The notes beneath the pieces are model-generated. The model was given only the letters and a program-made list of their open reading frames with translations, was not told where the DNA came from and ran no database searches. Shown here in pieces: positions 1 through 10,356 of a DNA stretch of 64,000 nt; the stretch's first letter is position 1, and every line of letters starts with the position of its first letter. This DNA comes from a bacterium. Its GTDB lineage: Bacteria; UBA8248; JACPRG01; G963555815. The position numbers were made by a program, and so were the translations under genes. The stretch covers positions 448,001 through 512,000 of the forward strand of contig CAUVWX020000001.1 in NCBI GenBank assembly GCA_963555815.3, in the 5' to 3' direction.

Positions 1-366
1 CTTGAGGTCGTAACGAAGGTCACGCCCCGCGTGAGAGGCCATTCCGCCATGGCCCCCCATGCCAAACAAATCCCCAAAGATATCTCCGAAGGCGGAGAAG
101 ATGTCCTCAAAACCCCCAAAGCCCCTGAACGAGGTTCCCTTGAGGCCCTCATGCCCGAACTGGTCGTAGACGTCCCGCTTTCCCGGGTCCCGCAGGACTT
201 CGTAGGCCTCCGCCGCCTCCTTGAACTGCTCTTCCGCCTTCTCGTTTCCAGGATTGCGGTCAGGATGATACGCTAAGGCCTTTTTGCGGTAGGCCCGCTT
301 GATCTCCTGCCCGTCCGCCTCCCGAGAGACACCAAGAACGTCGTAATAATCAGGTTTTCCAGCCAT
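1..366 (-). CDS. dnaJ: DnaJ chaperone (second copy; 5' part only, runs off the window)
   Basis: Not in the ORF track. Manual translation from the ATG at 366 gives [60 protein letters not shown]...[18 protein letters not shown]...[10 protein letters not shown]-domain with HPD, G/F-rich region and DIF motifs. The start directly follows the grpE stop (TAAATG). Confidence 0.93.
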   Translation of the reverse strand, partial: MAGKPDYYDVLGVSREADGQEIKRAYRKKALAYHPDRNPGNEKAEEQFKEAAEAYEVLRDPGKRDVYDQFGHEGLKGTSFRGFGGFEDIFSAFGDIFGDLFGMGGHGGMASHAGRDLRYDLK

Positions 367-1020
367 TTATAAAGCTGGTCCCTCCTTCCCGGCTGTCTCG
401 GGGGCTCGATGTTTACCCACCCGAACCTTGGCCGGCCGAAGGAGATCTCCCTCCAAGAGATAGCCGGGCTGGACTACCTCGAGAACCTGGTTCTCCTGGG
501 CCGGGTCATCGACCTCCACCACCCCCACCGCCTCGTGCACCTCCGGGTCGAAGGGAGCCCCTTCGGCCTCAACAGGGCCTAGCCCCTGAAGTCGAAGGGC
601 GGCGAGAAGGGCTTCCTGGATGAGCTTGACCCCTTCGAGGAGGGCAGTCGAGTCATCCCCCTTGGAGGCCGACTCGACCGCTCGCGAGAGATCGTCAAGG
701 GCGCTCAGAATCGGCTCGATAACCTTTCCTTTGGCGGCAACAGCACGTCTTTCGGCCTGACGGGAGACCCGCTCTCGAAAGGCCTCATTCTCCGCCTGCT
801 GCTCGGCCATGAAGGCCTTGAGGCGCTCATCCTTTTCCCGAAGGCGCTGCTCCAGCTGCTCCAGGTAGGTGGGGAGTTTCGAAGGCGGGGCTTCCGCTTT
901 CCCGTCTTCTTTTTCACCGGTCTCGGCTCGCCTCACCCAGTGACGGCGGTCGGTGATGGAAAGGGGGTCCTTCTCGCCGAACGCCCCCTTTGTCTCTTCC
1001 GGATGGAAGGAATCTGCCAT
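367..1020 (-). CDS. grpE: Nucleotide exchange factor GrpE
   Basis: Coiled-coil N-terminal half, then LDDLSRA, FDPEVHEAV and VVQPGYLLEGDLLRPAKVRV motifs; lies in the dnaK operon. Confidence 0.92.
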   Translation of the reverse strand: MADSFHPEETKGAFGEKDPLSITDRRHWVRRAETGEKEDGKAEAPPSKLPTYLEQLEQRLREKDERLKAFMAEQQAENEAFRERVSRQAERRAVAAKGKVIEPILSALDDLSRAVESASKGDDSTALLEGVKLIQEALLAALRLQGLGPVEAEGAPFDPEVHEAVGVVEVDDPAQENQVLEVVQPGYLLEGDLLRPAKVRVGKHRAPETAGKEGPAL

Positions 1021-1034
1021 CTCGCTCTCCCTCC

Positions 1035-1883
1035 TTAGCCCAGCTCTCGAAGCCTAGCGATCCGCTTCTCCACCGGTGGGTGAGTGCTGAAGAGGGCCCC
1101 GAGGCTTCGGCCCGAGAGGGGGTTCACGATGAACAGGTGAGCCGTCGCCGCGCTCGCCTCCATGGGGACACGCTGGCTCGCATGGTGGAGCTTCTCTAGG
1201 GCCCCGGCAAGTCCATGTGGGCTTCGGGCGATCCAGGCCCCCGTCGCGTCCGCAAGATATTCCCGCGAGCGGGAGATTGCCATCTGAATCAGCAAGGCCG
1301 CCAGGGGCGCCAGAATGGCCATGACCAGAAAGGCGAGACCGCCTCCGCTTCGACCACCGCTCCGCCCACCGAACCCTCCGAAGATGGCCGCCCAGCGGAC
1401 CCAGGTCCCGAGCAACATGATGGCGCCAGCCATGGTGGCGGCGATAGAGCTGATGAGGATATCCCGATTTCGCACGTGGGCCAGCTCATGGGCGAGGACC
1501 CCTTCCAGCTCATCGGCGCTCAACAGGTTCAGGATCCCATCGGTCACGGCCACGGCGGCGTTATCGGGGTTTCGGCCCGTGGCGAAGGCGTTCGTAGCCC
1601 CACTGGGGATGACGTAGAGCTTTGGCATCGGGAGCTGAGCCCGCTGGCAAAGGCGTCGCACCGCTATGTGGAGGGCCGGGGCCTCGGCCTCCGAGACGGC
1701 CCGCGCCCGATAGATGCGGAGGACGATCTTGTCCGAGTACCAGTAGCTCCCGAAGTTCATGACCACGGCAAAGAGAAAGGCGATCGTCAGGCCCTGCGTC
1801 CCCCCCGCCCACTGGCCGATGAGGAGGATGAGGACCGTCAGGGCCGCCAGGAGGGAAAACGTCTTCAGAGAGTTTGCCGTCAT
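1035..1883 (-). CDS. htpX: Membrane zinc metalloprotease HtpX (M48)
   Basis: [14 protein letters not shown] (HExxH), SRSREYLAD and FSTHPP motifs. Start reassigned to the ATG at 1883 (AAGGAGG SD, ATGA overlap with the hspR stop). Confidence 0.93.
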   Translation of the reverse strand: MTANSLKTFSLLAALTVLILLIGQWAGGTQGLTIAFLFAVVMNFGSYWYSDKIVLRIYRARAVSEAEAPALHIAVRRLCQRAQLPMPKLYVIPSGATNAFATGRNPDNAAVAVTDGILNLLSADELEGVLAHELAHVRNRDILISSIAATMAGAIMLLGTWVRWAAIFGGFGGRSGGRSGGGLAFLVMAILAPLAALLIQMAISRSREYLADATGAWIARSPHGLAGALEKLHHASQRVPMEASAATAHLFIVNPLSGRSLGALFSTHPPVEKRIARLRELG

Positions 1884-2269
1884 CTTGAACCTCCTTTGAA
1901 GGGCACGACCTTCTGCCCGCGGGTGGGGGCGAGAGCCGTTGAGTGCACCCCGTATCTTTCCTGGAGGACGTTCCACATCTCCTGCTGAATGAAGTCGATG
2001 ACTTCTTCTATCTGCTGCTGCTGTGTTTCCAGGCGCTCCAGCATGTCCAGAATGACCTGGACTCCAGCTAGATTGACCCCCATCTCCCGCGTCAAGTTCA
2101 GGATGACCTCCAGCTTCTCGATGTCCTGACGGGAGTACATCCGGGTGTTGCCCCGGGTTCGCTCAGGGCGCAGGAGGCCCTCCCGCTCATAGAGGCGGAG
2201 GGTTTGAGGGTGCACCTCCAGCATCTGAGATACGATACTGATGGTGAAGAGTTCTTTGGCCTGGCCCAT
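1880..2269 (-). CDS. hspR: MerR-family heat-shock repressor, HspR-like
   Basis: [37 protein letters not shown] and GVNLAGV, typical of HspR; immediately downstream of dnaJ. Confidence 0.85.
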   Translation of the reverse strand: MGQAKELFTISIVSQMLEVHPQTLRLYEREGLLRPERTRGNTRMYSRQDIEKLEVILNLTREMGVNLAGVQVILDMLERLETQQQQIEEVIDFIQQEMWNVLQERYGVHSTALAPTRGQKVVPFKGGSR

Positions 2270-2271
2270 GC

Positions 2272-3384
2272 TTACACCTTCAGTTTCGCCCTTGGGTCCT
2301 CCGGGTGGGACTTCTCAAACTCTCGGATGAGCTTCTTGGAACGGTCATCGAGCCCTTTGGGCACGATCACCTGGACCGTGACGAAGTGATCCCCCCGGCC
2401 CCCATCCTTCAGGCGGCGGACCCCTTTGCCCTGGAGGCGAAACTTCTGGCTGGATTGAGTCCCCTCTGGGATGGTCATAGAGGCGGTCCCATCCACGGTT
2501 TGGACCTTTACCCGTGCTCCGAGAGCCGCCTCTCGGAAGGTGATGGGGAGCTCTGTATAGATGTTGTCCCCCTTTCGTTCAAAGTAGGGGTGAGGCCCCA
2601 CCTTGGTGAGGATGTAGAGGTCGCCGGGGGGCGCGCCGTCACTTCCCTGATGGCCCTTGCCGGCCAAGCGGACCTTCGAACCCGTGTCAACGCCGGGGGG
2701 AATCTTAACCTGAAGGCGCTCTGACTTGGAGACCATCCCCGACCCCCCGCAGCCGGGGCAGGGGTCCGGGTTGATCTGGCCACTCCCGCCGCACCGTCTG
2801 CAGGTTCCGCCAAAGGAGAAGAATCCACGGGCGCGGCCTTCCTGCCCGCTTCCTCCACATTGCGGACAGGCCACTCGCTTGCGCCCCGCCCGAACGCCCC
2901 TCCCTTTGCAGGTCTCGCAGCGAACCCGTCGGTTCAAGACGATGTTGGCAGACATCCCGCGCAGGGCATCCTCAAAAGCAAGCTCCACTGCGTATCGGAT
3001 GTCCTCGCCCGGCTGCGGGGCCCGCCGAGGTCTCCCACTTTCGCCCCTGGCGGATCCAAAGAAATCTCCCAGGATGTCCCCGATGTCACCAAACCCGCTG
3101 AAGTCAAAACCCCCGGGACCTCCGCCGCGTCGAAAACCTACAAAGGGATCAAACCCCGGGCCGAAGGCGTCATGCCCGAGGCGGTCATACTTCTTTTTTT
3201 TCTCAGGGTCGCTGAGGACGTGATAGGCCTCTGAGATTTCCTTGAAGCGCGCCTCAGCGGGTTTGTCGCCGGGGTTGACGTCCGGGTGGTATTTTCTGGC
3301 GAGACGGCGATAGACCTTCTTGAGCTCGGCCCCCGAAACCTTTCGGTCGACGCCTAAGACCTCATAATAATCGCGCTTGGCCAC
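2272..3384 (-). CDS. dnaJ: Molecular chaperone DnaJ (class A, zinc finger)
   Basis: J-domain with HPD, G/F region, four CxxCxGxG repeats, C-terminal PPGDLY motif; GTG start. Confidence 0.95.
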   Translation of the reverse strand: MAKRDYYEVLGVDRKVSGAELKKVYRRLARKYHPDVNPGDKPAEARFKEISEAYHVLSDPEKKKKYDRLGHDAFGPGFDPFVGFRRGGGPGGFDFSGFGDIGDILGDFFGSARGESGRPRRAPQPGEDIRYAVELAFEDALRGMSANIVLNRRVRCETCKGRGVRAGRKRVACPQCGGSGQEGRARGFFSFGGTCRRCGGSGQINPDPCPGCGGSGMVSKSERLQVKIPPGVDTGSKVRLAGKGHQGSDGAPPGDLYILTKVGPHPYFERKGDNIYTELPITFREAALGARVKVQTVDGTASMTIPEGTQSSQKFRLQGKGVRRLKDGGRGDHFVTVQVIVPKGLDDRSKKLIREFEKSHPEDPRAKLKV

Positions 3385-3501
3385 ATCCTGTCACCTGCCT
3401 CCATACAACGTCTGAATGTTGCTCGTGTAGGGTTATCCCCCGGGCCAAGACTTTTAGTAACCCCTAGCCCGCCTGTAATAAACAAGATGGGTTTAGGCTT
3501 T

Positions 3502-5415
3502 TCACTTCTCTCCCTTATCGGCATCCTCAAATTCAGCGTCCACGACTTCCCCTTCGGGCTCAGGCTCGGCCTGCCCGCCGTCTCCGGAGGGGGCCTCGGC
3601 CTGAGCGCCGGCGGCAGAGGCCTGCTTGTAAATCACCTCGGCCAGCTTATGGCTCGCCTGTATGAGGGTGTCACGGGTGCGCTCGATCTCCGCCCGCTCC
3701 CCCTTCTCCAAGGCCTTCTTGGCCTCTTCAAGGGCGCTCTCGATGCTCGAGATGTCCTCGGCCGAGAGCTTTTCGCGGTTCTCACTCAGGGTTTTTTCGG
3801 TCGTGTAGACGGCGGCATCGGCCTGGTTTCGAAGCTCCACCTCCCCGCGCCTCTTCTTGTCCTCCTCGGCATGGCTCTCGGCCTCATCCACCATGTTGGA
3901 GATCTCATCGTCCGTGAGGCCGCTGGAACTGGTGATGGTAATGGTCTGCTCCTTTCCCGTCCCCAAGTCCTTGGCCGAGGCGTTCACGATCCCGTTGGCG
4001 TCGATATCAAAGGTGACTTCGATCTGGGGCATCCCCCGGGGGGCGGACGGGATCCCGACGAGGTGAAACTTCCCAAGCGTCCGGTTATCGCGCGCCATCT
4101 CCCGCTCGCCTTGAAGGACGTGAATTTCCACGCTGGTCTGGTTGTCGGCGGCCGTGGAGAAGACCTCGCTCTTCTTGGTGGGGATAGTGGTGTTTCGCTC
4201 GATCAGGGCTGTGCGCACCGCGCCCAGGGTCTCGATCCCCAGCGTGAGAGGCGTGACATCCAGCAGGAGGACATCCTTGACGTCTCCGGCCAGAACTCCT
4301 CCCTGGATGGCGGCCCCCACGGCGACCACCTCATCCGGGTTCACCCCCTTGTGGGGATCCTTTCCAAAAAATTTCTTCACGATCTCCTGGATCTTGGGGA
4401 TGCGGGTTGAGCCCCCCACCAAGACCACCTCGTCAATATCCCCGGGTTTCAGGTTGGCATCCTTCAGGGCGGACGCCATGGGCTCAATGGTCTTCTCGAA
4501 GAGGTCGAGGCAGAGCTGTTCCAGTTTGGCCCGGCTGAGGCGGACATTGAGGTGCTTTGGACCCGAGGCGTCGGCAGTGATGAAGGGGAGATTAATGTCC
4601 GTCTCCTGGGCCTGAGAGAGCTCAATTTTGGCCTTCTCGGCGCCCTCTTTCAGGCGCTGCAAGGCCATCGGGTCCTTGCTGAGATCTATCCCCTGATCCT
4701 TCTTGAACTCCGAGATCAGCCACTCGATGACCCGCTGGTCAAAGTCGTCTCCTCCAAGGTGGGTATCCCCGTTTACGGCCTTCACCTCGACGACGTTGTC
4801 CCCCACCTCCAGGACAGAAATGTCGTAGGTCCCGCCCCCCAGGTCACAGACGGCGATGGTTTCGTCCTTCTTCTTGTCGAGGCCGTAGGAGAGGGCCGCG
4901 GCCGTCGGCTCGTTGATGATTCGAAGAACGTTCAGGCCGGCGATCTTTCCCGCGTCCTTGGTGGCCTGGCGCTGGCTGTCGTTGAAGTAGGCCGGGACGG
5001 TGACGACGGCGTCAGTAATCTTGTGCCCCAGATAGTCCTCGGCGGCCTGTTTGAGCTTCTGAAGGATCATGGCGGAGATCTCCGGAGGCGAGTGCACCTT
5101 GCCCAGGGTCTCGACGCGGGCAGCTCCGTTCTCCACTCGGACCACCTTGTAGGGGACCTCCTCGATCTCCCGGTCCACCTCGTTGTAGCGCCGCCCCATG
5201 AACCGTTTGATGGAATAGACAGTGTTCTCGGGGTTGGTGATGGCCTGGCGCTTGGCCACCTGGCCCGCCAGCTTCTCACCGTCCTTGGTGAAGGCCACTA
5301 CCGAGGGGGTGATACGAGAGCCCTCTTGGTTGGTGATGACGGTGGTGTCCCCACCCTCCATCACAGCAACGACAGAATTGGTGGTGCCCAAATCAATCCC
5401 AATAACCTTTCCCAC
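3502..5415 (-). CDS. dnaK: Chaperone DnaK (Hsp70)
   Basis: [31 protein letters not shown] and C-terminal DAEFED. Start reassigned to the GTG at 5415 behind a GAGGAG SD. Confidence 0.98.
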   Translation of the reverse strand: MGKVIGIDLGTTNSVVAVMEGGDTTVITNQEGSRITPSVVAFTKDGEKLAGQVAKRQAITNPENTVYSIKRFMGRRYNEVDREIEEVPYKVVRVENGAARVETLGKVHSPPEISAMILQKLKQAAEDYLGHKITDAVVTVPAYFNDSQRQATKDAGKIAGLNVLRIINEPTAAALSYGLDKKKDETIAVCDLGGGTYDISVLEVGDNVVEVKAVNGDTHLGGDDFDQRVIEWLISEFKKDQGIDLSKDPMALQRLKEGAEKAKIELSQAQETDINLPFITADASGPKHLNVRLSRAKLEQLCLDLFEKTIEPMASALKDANLKPGDIDEVVLVGGSTRIPKIQEIVKKFFGKDPHKGVNPDEVVAVGAAIQGGVLAGDVKDVLLLDVTPLTLGIETLGAVRTALIERNTTIPTKKSEVFSTAADNQTSVEIHVLQGEREMARDNRTLGKFHLVGIPSAPRGMPQIEVTFDIDANGIVNASAKDLGTGKEQTITITSSSGLTDDEISNMVDEAESHAEEDKKRRGEVELRNQADAAVYTTEKTLSENREKLSAEDISSIESALEEAKKALEKGERAEIERTRDTLIQASHKLAEVIYKQASAAGAQAEAPSGDGGQAEPEPEGEVVDAEFEDADKGEK

Positions 5416-5494
5416 GATCTTATCTCCTCTCCTCTGCCAACTCCGAGCGTCTAGAAAACCCTCTTGTCGAAAAGACAACCCGCCCTGACGGGCT

Positions 5495-8113
5495 TCACTT
5501 CACCCCGACGGGCTGGTCCGAGGGTTGAAAGACCAGATGGCGACCCTCTGCGTCCACATCGGCCCTGACCGTGTCCCCGGCCCTGAACTTACTCTCCAGG
5601 ATCTCCACCGAGAGGGGGTCCTGAAGGAGGCGCTGGATGGTCCGCTTAAGAGGTCTCGCCCCGTAACCTGGGTCCCACCCTTCCCGGGCGAGAAAGGTTT
5701 TTGCCTCTTCCGTCACTTGAAGATCGATCTTCCGCTCCATGAGTCTCATCCGAAAACGCCCGAGCTGGATCTCGACGATGGCCTTCAGGTGCTCCGGGGT
5801 CAGGCTATGGAAGAAGATGATCTCGTCCACCCGGTTCAAGAACTCAGGCCTGAACTGGGCCCGAAGGGTTTCTGTCACCCGGTGTTCCATCTCTCCTCGG
5901 GCGGCGTCGCCAAGGACCATCAATTCCCGGATGTGTTCGGTCCCCACGTTGCTCGTCATGATGACCAGGGTATTCTTAAAGTTCACCGTCCGGCCGTGGC
6001 CGTCGGTGAGGCGCCCGTCCTCCAGGAGCTGAAGGAGGACGTCGAAGACCTCGGTGTTGGCCTTCTCGATCTCCTCAAAGAGGAGGACGCAATAGGGGCG
6101 CCTTCGCACGGCCTCCGTGAGCTGTCCCCCCTCTTCAAAACCCACATAGCCTGGAGGGGCCCCGATGAGGCGAGAGACGGTGTGCTTTTCCATGTACTCG
6201 GACATGTCGATCCGCACCATCGCCCGCTCGTCATCGAAGAGAAACTCGGCCAAGGCCCGGGCGAGCTCCGTCTTGCCGACCCCGGTCGGGCCCATGAAGA
6301 TGAAAGAGCCGATGGGACGGTCCGGGTCATCAAGCCCCGAGCGGGACCTTCGGACCGCCCGGCTGACTGCCGATAGGGCCTCTGCCTGCCCCACGACCCG
6401 CTCCAGAAGGCGCTCCTCCATGCGAAGGAGTTTTTGCATCTCGCCCTCGAGCATGCGAGAGACGGGGATCCCGGTCCACTTGCTGACGACGTGGGCGATG
6501 TCCTCGTCGTCCACCTCTTCCTTCAGGACCGGAGAGTCGGCCTGCTGAGCGGCGAGACGGGCCTTTTCCGCCTCAAGGGATTTCGTGAGCTCCCCGATGA
6601 CCCCGTAGCGGAGCTCCGCGGCTCGGCCGAGATCCCCCGCCCGCTCGGCCTGTCCCTCCTCGAGGCGGGCGGCTTCAATCTTCTCCTTGCTCTCGCGGAT
6701 CTTCCCGATGATCTCTTTTTCCCTCATCCACCGGGCCTTCAAGCGAGCGCCTTTTTCCTTCAGTTCAGCCAGCTCCGTCTCGATGCCCTTGAGCCGTTCC
6801 TGAGATGCGGGGTCCTCTTCTCGCCTCAGGGCCTCCCGCTCGATCTCCAGCGTCCGGGCCCGGCGATCCACTTCATCGATCTCGGTCGGCATACTGTCGA
6901 TCTCCATCCGAAGGCGCGAGCCCCCCTCGTCGATGAGGTCAACGGCCTTATCGGGGAGGAAACGGTCGCTGATGTAGCGGTGAGAAAGGGTGGCCGCGGC
7001 GACCAGGGCCGAGTCGTTGATCCGAACGCCGTGGTGGATCTCGTAGCGGTCCCGAAGCCCTCGAAGGATAGCGATGGTGTCCTGGACAGAGGGTTCCCCG
7101 ACATGGATAGGCTGAAAGCGCCGCTCGAGGGCCGCGTCCTTCTCTACGTACTTTCGGTACTCATCCAGCGTGGTAGCGCCGATGCAGTGGAGCTCTCCCC
7201 GGGCAAGGGCGGGCTTCAGGAGGTTGGCGGCATCAATGGCCCCCTCGGCGGCCCCGGCCCCAACGACGGTGTGGAGCTCGTCAATGAAGAGGATGACCTC
7301 GCCAGCGGCCTTCTCGATCTCCTTCAGGACCGCCTTCAGGCGATCCTCAAACTCTCCCCGGAATTTTGTCCCCGCCACGAGGGCTCCCAGGTCAAGGGCA
7401 ATCAGTCGTTTTCTCTTGAGCCCCTCTGGCACGTCGCCATTGATGATGCGCTGGGCAAGACCCTCGGCGATGGCCGTTTTCCCTACGCCAGGTTCGCCGA
7501 TGAGGACTGGGTTATTTTTGGTCCTCCGCGAGAGGACCTGCATCACCCGCCGCTCCTCATCATCCCGGCCAATCACGGGATCGAGCTTCCCCAGCCGGGC
7601 GAGATCGGTCAGATCACGGCCGTAACGCTGAAGGGCCTGATATTTCTCCTCGGGGGTCTGATCCGTCACCCGCTGCCCCCCGCGAATCTCGACCAGCCCC
7701 TCGAGAAGCTTTTCGCGCGTGGCCCCGGCCGAAGAGAGGATGCGGGCACCGTCCTCCCCGGCGCGATCCGCAAGGGCCAGGAGGAGATGCTCCACACTCA
7801 CGTACTCATCCTTCATCTGGCCGGCCTCTTTCAAGGCCGCATTGAGGACTTTTTTGAGACGAGGGGAGGCGTAAGTCCCGTCAGCCCCGCTCACCTTAGA
7901 GAGCTTCTCGAGACTCTTTTCGACCTCCTGTCGGATAGCCTCCGCGTCCAGCCCAAGGCGGCTCAGAAGAGATACAGCGACCCCTTCTTTCACCCGAAGC
8001 AGGGCCAAGAGGACGTGCTCTGGCTCCAGACCCTGGTGGCCGAGCTCCTCTGCAATTTCCTGGGCCTCGCCGAGGGCCTCTTGGGCCTTCAGAGTGAGCC
8101 GGTCGAACCGCAT
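5495..8113 (-). CDS. clpB: ATP-dependent disaggregase ClpB
   Basis: Clp-N repeats, two AAA+ modules ([16 protein letters not shown]), coiled-coil M domain, GAPPGYVG pore loop and YGARPLKR. Start reassigned to the ATG at 8113. Confidence 0.96.
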   Translation of the reverse strand: MRFDRLTLKAQEALGEAQEIAEELGHQGLEPEHVLLALLRVKEGVAVSLLSRLGLDAEAIRQEVEKSLEKLSKVSGADGTYASPRLKKVLNAALKEAGQMKDEYVSVEHLLLALADRAGEDGARILSSAGATREKLLEGLVEIRGGQRVTDQTPEEKYQALQRYGRDLTDLARLGKLDPVIGRDDEERRVMQVLSRRTKNNPVLIGEPGVGKTAIAEGLAQRIINGDVPEGLKRKRLIALDLGALVAGTKFRGEFEDRLKAVLKEIEKAAGEVILFIDELHTVVGAGAAEGAIDAANLLKPALARGELHCIGATTLDEYRKYVEKDAALERRFQPIHVGEPSVQDTIAILRGLRDRYEIHHGVRINDSALVAAATLSHRYISDRFLPDKAVDLIDEGGSRLRMEIDSMPTEIDEVDRRARTLEIEREALRREEDPASQERLKGIETELAELKEKGARLKARWMREKEIIGKIRESKEKIEAARLEEGQAERAGDLGRAAELRYGVIGELTKSLEAEKARLAAQQADSPVLKEEVDDEDIAHVVSKWTGIPVSRMLEGEMQKLLRMEERLLERVVGQAEALSAVSRAVRRSRSGLDDPDRPIGSFIFMGPTGVGKTELARALAEFLFDDERAMVRIDMSEYMEKHTVSRLIGAPPGYVGFEEGGQLTEAVRRRPYCVLLFEEIEKANTEVFDVLLQLLEDGRLTDGHGRTVNFKNTLVIMTSNVGTEHIRELMVLGDAARGEMEHRVTETLRAQFRPEFLNRVDEIIFFHSLTPEHLKAIVEIQLGRFRMRLMERKIDLQVTEEAKTFLAREGWDPGYGARPLKRTIQRLLQDPLSVEILESKFRAGDTVRADVDAEGRHLVFQPSDQPVGVK

Positions 8114-8183
8114 GCTTTTCTCCGTTGAAAGTTGAAATGATAGAAGACGAACTTCGTTCCGGCTGTTATTTGATTCAACGCGA

Positions 8184-8212
8184 AATATACTATATGAGCG
8201 AGATGTTGTCAA
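8184..8212 (-). promoter_or_regulatory. Sigma70-type promoter of the clpB-dnaK operon
   Basis: Minus strand reads TTGACA (8212-8207), 17-nt spacer, TATATT (8189-8184), within a strongly AT-rich intergenic region. Confidence 0.75.
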
Positions 8213-8213
8213 G
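8193..8213. promoter_or_regulatory. HAIR-like operator (putative HspR site)
   Basis: TATGAGC-N7-TGTCAAG versus the HAIR consensus CTTGAGT-N7-ACTCAAG (9/14 matches, exact spacing); overlaps the -35 box; hspR is in the operon. Confidence 0.5.
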
Positions 8214-8299
8214 TTTTATGACAAATTTAATTTAGAATAATCTGGGGATGTTTATTTATTCATTTGAATTCAATTAGTTATAATATGTCTGGGTTTTGC

Positions 8300-8776
8300 C
8301 TAAAGGGTGGGACTCCACATCACCAGGGCGTCTTCCCAATTGTCCGGGTAGTAACCCTTGCGAATGGCGGCCGCTTGAAAACCATGGCGCTCATAGAAAC
8401 ACCGGGCCACTTCGTTGGACAGCCGGACCTCTAAGGTGGCCCGCCGGGCACCCTTGATCTTTGCCCCATTGAGCATCTCCGTCAGGAGCCGATGGGCCAC
8501 ACCCTGTCGCCGGTAGGCCTCCTCGACGGCGAGGTTGGTGATATGGACCTCATCGCTGACAATCCAGCAGCAGGTGTACCCCACCACCCCCCTCTCCCCT
8601 CCGGGAAGCGCAACCTCTGCCACGAAGAGATGGGCGAGATCCTTATCCTTGAGCTCTTGCCGAAAGACGGCCGGGCTCCAGGACAAGGGGAAGACCTCCC
8701 GCTCGATGGCCAGCACGGCGGGCAGGTCAGCCTCCTCCATGGGTCTGATGGTGACATGCAGCGGGTTTTCGACCAT
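8300..8776 (-). CDS. rimI: Ribosomal protein S18 alanine N-acetyltransferase (GNAT)
   Basis: DEVHITNLAV, YRRQGVA, TLEVRLSN, IRKGYY and EDALVM motifs. Confidence 0.88.
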   Translation of the reverse strand: MVENPLHVTIRPMEEADLPAVLAIEREVFPLSWSPAVFRQELKDKDLAHLFVAEVALPGGERGVVGYTCCWIVSDEVHITNLAVEEAYRRQGVAHRLLTEMLNGAKIKGARRATLEVRLSNEVARCFYERHGFQAAAIRKGYYPDNWEDALVMWSPTL

Positions 8777-8922
8777 GCTCGCTCCGAAGGACTGCTACTC
8801 CCCTTATGAGGGAATCCCTTCCTGGCACCGACACAACGAACCTAGAGAGGTTATGTTAGGCTTTCAAGGGGTGCGCGTCAGCCCTCTAGGTCTAACGTCC
8901 AACAAGCGCTAAGACAACCGTC

Positions 8923-10164
8923 ATGCACAGCCTTCCCCCCGATGTCCGGCGTATCTTGAGGATCAAGGCGCTTCGTGCCTTCGCCTACGGGTTTGGGAGT
9001 ATTCTGCTGGGGGCATCACTGCAGGAGGCGGGGCTCTCAGTGACCCAGGTGGGGGTCCTCTTCAGCGTCCTGCTGGCCGGGACGGCCCTAATGTCGGCCC
9101 TTGTCGCGGTGGCAGGGGAGCGGATCGGTCGACGACGCCTCTACTGCTCCCTCTTTCTCCTCATGGCGGCCTCGGGAGCACTCTTTGGCCTCTCCCAGGC
9201 GTTCCCCCTCCTCATCCTGGCGGCCTTGACCGGGACCCTCTCCGCCGAGGTGGTGGAGTCCGGCCCTTTCACTTCTCTGGAGCAGGCCATGCTCCCGGGC
9301 GTCACCGGCAAAGGGAAGGAACGCAACCGGGTCTTCGGTTATTCCAACGCCATCGCCGCGGTGGTGGGGTCTTGGGGGGCCCTCGCCGCCGGTGGCCCCG
9401 AATTCTTCCGTCGCTTCATCTCTCTTCCGGCGACCCAGCGCTGGTTTCTCCTCTACGTGGCCATTGGCCTCATCGCCGCCTGGATGGCCCTTCGCCTTTC
9501 GCCCCAAGTCGAGACAGTCGGCGTAAAGCAGGGCCCGCCTCTTCAGCGCTCCAGGGGCATCGTCACTCGACTCTCCGCCCTCTTTGCCCTGGACTCCTTT
9601 GCCGGGGGCTTCATCATCCAAGCCTTCATCGTCTTTTGGCTCCAGCTCAGGTTCGGGGCCTCGATAGAACTCCTGGGCCTTACCTTCTTCGCCACGGGGC
9701 TCCTTCAGGGCGCTTCCTTTCTGATCGCAACCAGGCTCGCCAACCGAATCGGCCTCTTGAACACCATGGTCTTCACGCACCTCCCCTCCAATCTCCTCCT
9801 AGCCGCCATCCCCCTCGCCCCGAACCTTCCCATCGCCCTGGGACTCCTTTTGGCCCGACACGCCCTCTCCCAGATGGACGTCCCGACCCGCCAGTCTTAT
9901 GTGGTGGCCGTCGTGGGGCCGGAGGAGCGTGTTGCCGCCGCGGGCTTTACTAATTTTGCCCGAAACGTCGTGCGGCCCTTTGCCCCGGCCCTGGCCGGGG
10001 CCCTCACCCAGGGTCTCGCTCTGGGCGCTCCCTTCTACATCGCCGGCGGTCTAAAATCCATCCACGATCTCGTCCTCTTCGCAATGTTTCGGAGGATCAG
10101 ACCGCCTGAGGAGCACCTGCCCCTCCAAAAAACCATGGAGGCTGTCAAGGGGGACAGAGGTTGA
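8923..10164 (+). CDS. MFS transporter
   Basis: About 12 hydrophobic segments; motif-A-like GERIGRRR and ANRIG; SQMDVPTRQSY. Confidence 0.85.
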   Translation: MHSLPPDVRRILRIKALRAFAYGFGSILLGASLQEAGLSVTQVGVLFSVLLAGTALMSALVAVAGERIGRRRLYCSLFLLMAASGALFGLSQAFPLLILAALTGTLSAEVVESGPFTSLEQAMLPGVTGKGKERNRVFGYSNAIAAVVGSWGALAAGGPEFFRRFISLPATQRWFLLYVAIGLIAAWMALRLSPQVETVGVKQGPPLQRSRGIVTRLSALFALDSFAGGFIIQAFIVFWLQLRFGASIELLGLTFFATGLLQGASFLIATRLANRIGLLNTMVFTHLPSNLLLAAIPLAPNLPIALGLLLARHALSQMDVPTRQSYVVAVVGPEERVAAAGFTNFARNVVRPFAPALAGALTQGLALGAPFYIAGGLKSIHDLVLFAMFRRIRPPEEHLPLQKTMEAVKGDRG

Positions 10165-10219
10165 TGCCCACGTCTGTCCAGCGGGGCCCACACCGCTACA
10201 AATTCAAGGCACTAGAGGC

Positions 10220-10249
10220 TTGACAGGGGGCGAGGGAGGATTGTATATT
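10220..10249 (+). promoter_or_regulatory. Putative sigma70 promoter of the glycan locus
   Basis: TTGACA, 18-nt spacer, TATATT about 110 nt upstream of the radical SAM gene. Confidence 0.5.
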
Positions 10250-10356
10250 GACGTGCTATCCATTCCATGGAGATGCGTTTGACTTCGGGGAAAAGGGGGA
10301 TAATGATCCCCAAGGAACGCCCTTGAAATAATCTCCCTTCTAAAGGGGTCACCAGG

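Noticed and set aside
3487..8128. Long plus-strand ORFs antisense to dnaK and clpB (283-564 aa)
   Set aside because: They mirror strongly biased high-GC coding frames and have no recognisable motifs; antisense shadows of hsp70/clp genes are a known artefact.
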